Shown here: piece by piece, positions 46,301 through 52,258 of the stretch
How the letters are laid out: each line of letters begins with the position of its first letter
Position numbering within the stretch: position 1 is the stretch's first letter
Assembly: GCA_032718475.1 (NCBI GenBank)
Contig: JAUCBJ010007065.1
Coordinates: 1-52,258 of the forward strand
Direction of reading: 5' to 3'
Length of the DNA stretch: 52,258 nucleotides
DNA from: Nemertoderma westbladi
Taxonomy: Eukaryota; Animalia; Xenacoelomorpha
Notes under the pieces: model-generated
Databases searched by the model: none
What the model saw: the letters and a program-made list of their open reading frames with translations, nothing else
Told to the model about the DNA's origin: nothing
Made by a program: the position numbers and the translations under genes

Positions 46301-49300
46301 ATTTGCTATAACTATACCCCATTAAATTCACAATATTGCATTGCGAATTTATTTTGACATTTTGGACTATCTGATTATTATACAAATAATTTGACCGTAT
46401 TTTCGATTAAATTATATATATATCTCGAACTTTTGCGAGATATTTTTGCCGGAAGGCAAACATTATTTAGACTATGATTGCCTCAGAGAAGGATGCACTA
46501 GAGGACAGCTATGAGACGGCGGCTGGACCGCCGACTGACGATAGCGTAAATATTACTGTTGACGACAATGCCGACTATGACGACGCAGCGAGCGACGCTG
46601 ACGTAAGTGAACAGGAGGACGAGACAGTGACTAGAGAGGAAGAACAACAACCTCAAGTAATAGTATTAGGATCCCCTACCGCTACTGTAAGGAAGGACTG
46701 CACAGCAGCCCGGACAGAGGTGAGTGATAGGGAGGGTAGTGTAGCAGAAGCGAGAGCCCAGAGCCCGGTTTCCAGACCTGTGGGTATGGTAAGTGCCGTG
46801 GTCCCAACGGCTGTTAGGAGTACCCGTAGTTCCCGAAATAATCCTTCAAGTCCACCGAGTGTGAGTCAGGTAAGCGAGAGAGAACTTGATATCGCGATAA
46901 AGAAGAAACTTCGCGCGCACGCCGGACATATAACTCGGACGACAGACAAGGTAAGGAAGATGTTAGCAGACTCAGCGAACATCGAAAGGGTAGGGTTAGT
47001 AGAGATTATAAGAGGATATAACTCAGCGTTATTCAAGCAGACGGAGGAGCTTGCAGTCCTAGCGAAGAAGGCAGTAGAGTCTCAGTCGAGCGACGTAGCG
47101 ACGAGGAATTACGATAGGGTTTTAGCAGCCTTGTTAGAGCACCGCGAGTTATCGGAGCGATTTCGACGAGTTAGGACGGAGAACTGGCTGCTATGGGCTT
47201 CACAAGCGCAGGCGACTCAGGTGAGTGACGCAGAGTTGAGAGACTTAGTGGAGCGAGAAGAGACGCAAGATAAGGTGGAGCACCGTTATCAAAGGGAAGT
47301 TACTAGCTGGCTGATGCAGAATGGAGTGGTGGTACCGGGCCAGGTGCTACCGACAACGGAGAACATCCAACAGAGGATGTTAACTCCACCCAACGACGCA
47401 TCTAGAGACAGTGGTGATTCCCAGGTTAGTCACGCGCGAGGGAAGGTTATATGTGCTAGATCCCTTGTTTCTCACAACTCGGCGGAGGAGAGAAGACGCC
47501 GACTGGATGAACAACAGGCGGAAGTTTTGCGTGCATCGGAAGCACGGAAGGAAGCCGAGCGGGAAAGGGAGCGAACACATAAGTTAGACGCGAAGTTGCG
47601 CGAGCTGGAAGATAAAGGTAAGTGTGAACGAGCGGAACGCGAACAGAAGGAACGCGAACTCCAACTCGAACGTGAACGCAAGGAACGCGAACTCGAACTT
47701 GAACGTGAGCAGAAAGAACACGAACTCCAGCTCGAACGCGAACGCAAGGAATGCGAACTCCAGCTCGAATGCGAACAGAAGAAACGCGAATTCCAACTCG
47801 AACGCGAACGTAAGGAACGCGAACTCGAGATCGAGAAAGAGCGACAAGCGTTGTATGAAGAAAAGGCGCGAGTGGAAGAAGAGAGCGCAGCGAGACGAGT
47901 GAGGGAAGAAGAAGAACGTAAACTGGCGCAGTTGGAAAGTGCGAGATTAAGTTTAGAGAGCAAAGAACGGACTAGAAAGGCGAATGAAATCGCCGAAAAG
48001 GGGATGCGAATGATCGAAGAATGTGGGGCGAGTGTAGGGACCGAGTTGCGAGAACTGTTCGCACTGCAGAAGGCCGAACAGGAAGCGAGTACTCCGACCA
48101 TACGCGAGTCGACGACGACCAGAATTCCTATACCCGGTCCAGCTATTACGAGTACACGGATCGCTAAACCGTTCTCTACATATCGCACGCCAGTTGGTAT
48201 TAGTGCTTCACCTATCGCGCAGAATCCACGGCATCATCGCACTGCAGCACTATACACCGAACGTGACAACGAAGAGTTTAGAGGAGAAACTCCGACGGGC
48301 CGAGTATTGGGCGAACCGAACCCGCGGGTTTGGAATACGCGGACGGAACGCCGACCCAGTTCGACGGAGAACTTCCGGGTTAAACCGGAAGAGGGATCAT
48401 ATGAGAGACAGCAGATTACTCAGATAGAGCCGACTATACAACAGAACCCCAGCCAGGAATTTATTACGAGGGATGAGTTGAGTGCTAGTTTAGCGCAAGC
48501 TATATCGCCGCACATCCAACCTATAACGGACATGCTTAGTAACCTACGGTTAAAGGAAGCAGCCCAGGTAAGAAGTAATTCTAATCCTAGCAGGCCTGAG
48601 TTAGATAAAGTCCAACCCAGTCAACGAGTACGCATATCGGAGGAGACTATACCACATAGACCTCAGGTAAGGACGCCTGTCCCGAATATCCATAATCCCG
48701 ATTTCGAAAACTCAGCCGAGAAATTTATTCAGGACGCTTGGGTCAGGGCCTCAGCACGCAAACCATCGCGAGCGCTAAGGACTGACACTGAATCAAGCGA
48801 TGAAGAGGAAGACATGAGACGTCAGAAGTCCCGAAACTATAAGGAAAGAAGGACGGACGCGGAGCAGGTAAGTTTGAACCACCGGGAAAGGACCAGACTT
48901 AACAACCCTGCAGAACTAAACCATTTGTTAACCCGGAACGACGCAACCCTTAGGGACATAGGTAAGTTTGCTGCTAGGCAAGGACTGCCGACGCAACAAC
49001 TCCAGAAGTTTATGGGCAACCATAAGCACTGGAGGACGTTTAAAACCTATGTCGACGAGCAGCTAACCAACAGCACCTTTACTCCCAACGAGAAGTTCAA
49101 CTATTTGCTTCAGATGCTCCATCGAGAACCTAGAGCTATTGCTGACAACTTCGTCGGCAATGAAAGGGCATTTGAGTTGGCAATGAAGACGCTTAGCGAC
49201 ATCTACGGGAATAAAACCAAGATGGCACAGTCGATAGTAGAAGACTTGGGTAAGGGCGGAAGGATTACAACTCCATTAGAGCTGTTGAACTTAGCGAACG

Positions 49301-50730
49301 CTATTTCGAACGCATTGGACATCTTGAGGACGGTGAATCTACCTCATCATGGTGATCACGCCGAAGTCTTGAAAAGCGTAATAAGACGTCTAAACATGCG
49401 TTACAGACAGAAATGGCGCAAATTAGAGAATAAGTTGGAGGGCCAAGGTAAAGTATTGACACTTCAACACATCCATGACATGATAGCCACGGACGCAGTA
49501 GCAGAGATGAAATCAAACTTCTCAGAGGAGAATATGAGAGAGTCTAAACCTGTTACCGGTAAGTCTATGGTAAGTTTTGACGATGACAGGACCACTGTGA
49601 CATTTAACTCAGTAGACAGATATAATTCGAATACCCCAGCCTTTAGATCAGACTCACGAGTATGGTCAGGTGAGCGGTTAGATAGACCTAGGTTAAAGCA
49701 ACAGGAGTTGCCGGATGGATTTGTAGGTTGCCAATACTGTTTACTAAAGGAGGTAAGATCTGACGACCATAAGTTAGATAGTTGCAGACGGTTCAAAGAA
49801 TTAAATTCGGAACAGAGAAGAGTTCAAGTGCGGACATTGGATACCTGTTGGGCATGTCTTGCGCCAGGTCATGTACGGCGGCAGTGCCCGAACAGCAAGG
49901 ACGGATGCATGGAATGCGGCAGACTACATCACAAGTTGCTACATGCGGATTTCCACACCCCGATGGACCGTTACTTACAGCGAAATCCTCACAGGAAGGG
50001 GAGCAAAGAACCCGTATCGATAAGGAGAAATACGTACACCGGCATCCAGGACGATGGTTATCAACCAGGTTCATTGGACGAGGATGGCGAGTCGAGCGCG
50101 AGAGAGGTGACCTGCCAAGGTTTCACCGCGGATAGTTCATCAACCAGCGCGCGGACGTATCTATCATCGGCAACGTCGGAAATATTTAGCGTGATTCTGG
50201 TGAAACTTACTGGAGATAAGGGATCAAAGCGAATATATGTGATGTTGGACACTGCGTCCACATTGTCATATATCGACCAGGAAGTGGCGAGAGCCGTTTC
50301 TAGCTTCCAGGACGCAGAGGAAATCCAAATAGAGTTGAAGTCTATGCACGGGGTAGGAGACCTCAAGGGACACAGAATTTCGGTGGAACTAGACTCCCTA
50401 CTTCCAAGAGACCAACATACTCGACAAGAACGGAAAGCTTTGCCATTGGACGGATTTAAGTGTCTAGCTATGAAGGGATTCGGCAGGCAGTTAGGTAAGG
50501 TGCCGCCGATGAGTCCCATAGCACAGGAGTATTTTGACAAGCTCAGGATACCCAGACACCAGGTAGGTTATAGGAATGTTTCTATGTTGATTGGTGCAGA
50601 ACAGCTGATCGCACACCAAATATTGGAAACGAGACCAGCTGAGCCGCGTGTCAATGGACCACATGCCCATAGGACTATATTAGGTTGGTATACACGAGTA
50701 CCCATGTCTTATGAGTTTACAGGTGGCGAC
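43397..50730 (+). mobile_element. BEL/Pao LTR retrotransposon C (related to B), cut by a Gypsy insertion
   Basis: Putative LTR start TGTTATTAG, promoter boxes, ~3 kb leader, gag-PR homologous to B (KFAARQGLP, EKFNYLLQ, KGSKRIY). Left boundary inferred. Confidence 0.78.
43570..43666 (+). promoter_or_regulatory. Putative LTR promoter of element C
   Basis: ATTGG at 43570, CCAAT at 43621, TATAAAT at 43660. Confidence 0.5.
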
Positions 50731-50778
50731 TGCTGTGATCTTAATAATATAGTTAGATCATGCAAAAAGGTAAATTAA
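46474..50778 (+). CDS. BEL/Pao Gag-protease (1434 aa; last ~15 codons read into the inserted LTR)
   Basis: Coiled-coil 33-bp repeat ERERKERELQL (~47630-47840), capsid-like region, CQYCx9Hx4C / CWACLAPGHVRRQC / CMECGRLHHKLLH, YVMLDTAST, MLIG, RTILGWY. Confidence 0.92.
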   Translation: MIASEKDALEDSYETAAGPPTDDSVNITVDDNADYDDAASDADVSEQEDETVTREEEQQPQVIVLGSPTATVRKDCTAARTEVSDREGSVAEARAQSPVSRPVGMVSAVVPTAVRSTRSSRNNPSSPPSVSQVSERELDIAIKKKLRAHAGHITRTTDKVRKMLADSANIERVGLVEIIRGYNSALFKQTEELAVLAKKAVESQSSDVATRNYDRVLAALLEHRELSERFRRVRTENWLLWASQAQATQVSDAELRDLVEREETQDKVEHRYQREVTSWLMQNGVVVPGQVLPTTENIQQRMLTPPNDASRDSGDSQVSHARGKVICARSLVSHNSAEERRRRLDEQQAEVLRASEARKEAERERERTHKLDAKLRELEDKGKCERAEREQKERELQLERERKERELELEREQKEHELQLERERKECELQLECEQKKREFQLERERKERELEIEKERQALYEEKARVEEESAARRVREEEERKLAQLESARLSLESKERTRKANEIAEKGMRMIEECGASVGTELRELFALQKAEQEASTPTIRESTTTRIPIPGPAITSTRIAKPFSTYRTPVGISASPIAQNPRHHRTAALYTERDNEEFRGETPTGRVLGEPNPRVWNTRTERRPSSTENFRVKPEEGSYERQQITQIEPTIQQNPSQEFITRDELSASLAQAISPHIQPITDMLSNLRLKEAAQVRSNSNPSRPELDKVQPSQRVRISEETIPHRPQVRTPVPNIHNPDFENSAEKFIQDAWVRASARKPSRALRTDTESSDEEEDMRRQKSRNYKERRTDAEQVSLNHRERTRLNNPAELNHLLTRNDATLRDIGKFAARQGLPTQQLQKFMGNHKHWRTFKTYVDEQLTNSTFTPNEKFNYLLQMLHREPRAIADNFVGNERAFELAMKTLSDIYGNKTKMAQSIVEDLGKGGRITTPLELLNLANAISNALDILRTVNLPHHGDHAEVLKSVIRRLNMRYRQKWRKLENKLEGQGKVLTLQHIHDMIATDAVAEMKSNFSEENMRESKPVTGKSMVSFDDDRTTVTFNSVDRYNSNTPAFRSDSRVWSGERLDRPRLKQQELPDGFVGCQYCLLKEVRSDDHKLDSCRRFKELNSEQRRVQVRTLDTCWACLAPGHVRRQCPNSKDGCMECGRLHHKLLHADFHTPMDRYLQRNPHRKGSKEPVSIRRNTYTGIQDDGYQPGSLDEDGESSAREVTCQGFTADSSSTSARTYLSSATSEIFSVILVKLTGDKGSKRIYVMLDTASTLSYIDQEVARAVSSFQDAEEIQIELKSMHGVGDLKGHRISVELDSLLPRDQHTRQERKALPLDGFKCLAMKGFGRQLGKVPPMSPIAQEYFDKLRIPRHQVGYRNVSMLIGAEQLIAHQILETRPAEPRVNGPHAHRTILGWYTRVPMSYEFTGGDCCDLNNIVRSCKKVN

Positions 50779-50904
50779 GTTTATCCTGTATATCGGTAAT
50801 CCCGTAGTATATTAGTCGTACTTATCCTAAGCTAGAATACATTTTGAATTTCCCGCCACCTGCATTTAAATGTTACATAAACATAATAAGGGTAGAACCC
50901 ACCA
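50731..50904 (-). repeat. Putative 3' LTR of the Gypsy element (~174 bp, TGGTG...CAGCA)
   Basis: Starts 1 nt after the PPT; imperfect inverted termini; the end could be 50734 instead. Confidence 0.6.
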
Positions 50905-50905
50905 A

Positions 50906-50920
50906 CTCCCTCCCCCCTTT
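50906..50920 (-). promoter_or_regulatory. Polypurine tract AAAGGGGGGAGGGAG
   Basis: Pure purine run 30 nt after the integrase stop. Confidence 0.85.
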
Positions 50921-50949
50921 AAGATTGAGTTTGTCTAACGAGATCTGAG

Positions 50950-52258
50950 TCAGTATTTTGTAGAGTCATAACGGATGGGCTGGTGTCGAATTCTACTACT
51001 CCTACATAACATGGCGGTAGGAGGCTCATCTTTCTGGAATACCACAACATCCGTTGCTGGGTTAAGAGTGCACTTATTTTTCTGATTGTTGTTCGGTGGA
51101 ATTCTATTTTTATGATTTTCTTTTAGTATACCCTTTGGGAGTAATCGTGCTGAATACTTCATTTGCGGTTCCTGTTCCAGAATATTACGTCGAATATGGC
51201 GACGGTTGCGCCACAGAACACGGCCACTTGGTAAACGTATATGGTAATTGCGGCCACTGGCTCCTATAATAGAACCAGTACGATCCCACAGTTTAGTCTT
51301 TGCATTCTGAATGTGAACCGGTGTACGTACAGTTAGGGCCTTTAGTGGACGGTTCTGGATTTGGGGAGGGGGTGTCACCATAGTGTCAAGAGTGTCGAGA
51401 TGTTTGGTCCACTGAGATGAAAAATTTGTATGGTGAGAAGGCACACGTGTCCTAGTTTGGCGTCCGAACACAAGCTCAGCGGGAGAAAATCCATTTACCC
51501 GTGGCATATTTCGCAGTTCGAGTAAACCTTTATGGAAACTATCAGTTTGTATATCCCCGTGATGTGATGCTGTGGCGACCAGGTGTTTGAGTGTTTTAAC
51601 AGCCGACTCCGCGAGTCCGTTACTTTGAGGGAAATGAGGGGCAGAGAACGACTGATTGACTCCCCAATCCTGGAGGAATGATCGGAATTCCGCCAAATCG
51701 AATTGTGGACCTCCATCAGTCCGCAGTTTAATGGGAATTCCCAGGTTACTGAAAAGACGGCGAAGTACTGTAGCAACTTTTGCAGAATTAGGGTCATGCC
51801 GTCCGAATGCATGGATTTCAGGCCATCCTGAAAAGCGGTCAATATATGCTAAATAATGTTGACCTGCGTAGCTGAAAAGATCCGAACCAACCTCTTCGAA
51901 TGGACGTGTAGGTTGAGGGTCAGAAAGTAAAGGCTCCGGTGGTAAAGATGGTTTACGTTGTTGACATGGCATACATTTCCCAACTTTGTTTATTATGTCA
52001 ACGGTTAAACCGGGTCAGAATACAGTTTGACGGGCTCGTCGTTTAGAACGTTCAATCCCCTGATGAGATTGATGTAAGAGTTCTAGAACGTGGCAACATT
52101 GAGATTGTGGAATAACAATACGGGATAAATACAGGACAAGCCCATCATCAACTGACAAATCATCTCGTAATTTCCAATATGGTTGTAGATCGTGAACTAA
52201 GTTCGTCGGCTTTACTGGGAATCCATTCTGGATTAGATAGATCAGTTTCTGGTATTCT
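50950..52258 (-). pseudogene. Ty3/Gypsy integrase with a premature stop
   Basis: Upstream in-frame LHQSHQGIERSKRRARQTVF*PG..CMPC (TGA at 52015-52017 where W is expected); VGSDLF, IDRFSGWPE, LRTDGGPQF, PQSNGLAESAVKTLK, SPAELVFGR, LWRNRRHIR. Confidence 0.92.

Larger units (their letters stand above)
50731..52258 (-). mobile_element. Ty3/Gypsy (Mag-like) retrotransposon 3' end, inserted antisense into element C
   Basis: Gypsy-type integrase, polypurine tract and short LTR; element C coding homology stops at ~50730. Confidence 0.85.

Noticed and set aside
43397-46473. Self-primer/PBS pair in element C
   Set aside because: I tested the sequence after several AACA candidates (44716, 45023, 45061, 45203, 45285) and found only short partial matches; the LTR end is undefined.

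Overview
Eukaryotic, probably invertebrate, transposon-dense window with no recognisable host gene. It is a nest of six LTR retrotransposons. (A) Three copies of a non-autonomous BEL/Pao family encode Gag+protease only, with RT, most of RNase H and integrase deleted at the same junction in the two copies where it is visible. A1 (1-8597, -) sits inside the gag of A2 (8598-25771, -). The complete, young A3 (13400-25048, +, near-identical LTRs, AGATT target-site duplication) sits inside the LTR of A2. (B) A decayed but domain-complete BEL/Pao element (~29002-43396, +) has gag-PR-RT-RH-IN plus an extra 3' ORF with three zinc knuckles. (C) A related BEL/Pao element (~43397-50730, +) is cut after the protease by (D) an antisense Ty3/Gypsy element (50731-52258, -). 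Main discovery: family A has no tRNA primer-binding site. The 11-12 nt directly after each 5' LTR are the perfect reverse complement of a site inside that copy's own LTR, and the two sites co-vary at three positions across the three copies. This points to tRNA-independent self-priming, which I know from Tf1-like Gypsy elements but not from BEL/Pao. Element B shows a weaker second instance, a 10-copy dispersed palindromic motif and a probably spliced RNA-binding accessory ORF. All alignments were done by eye.
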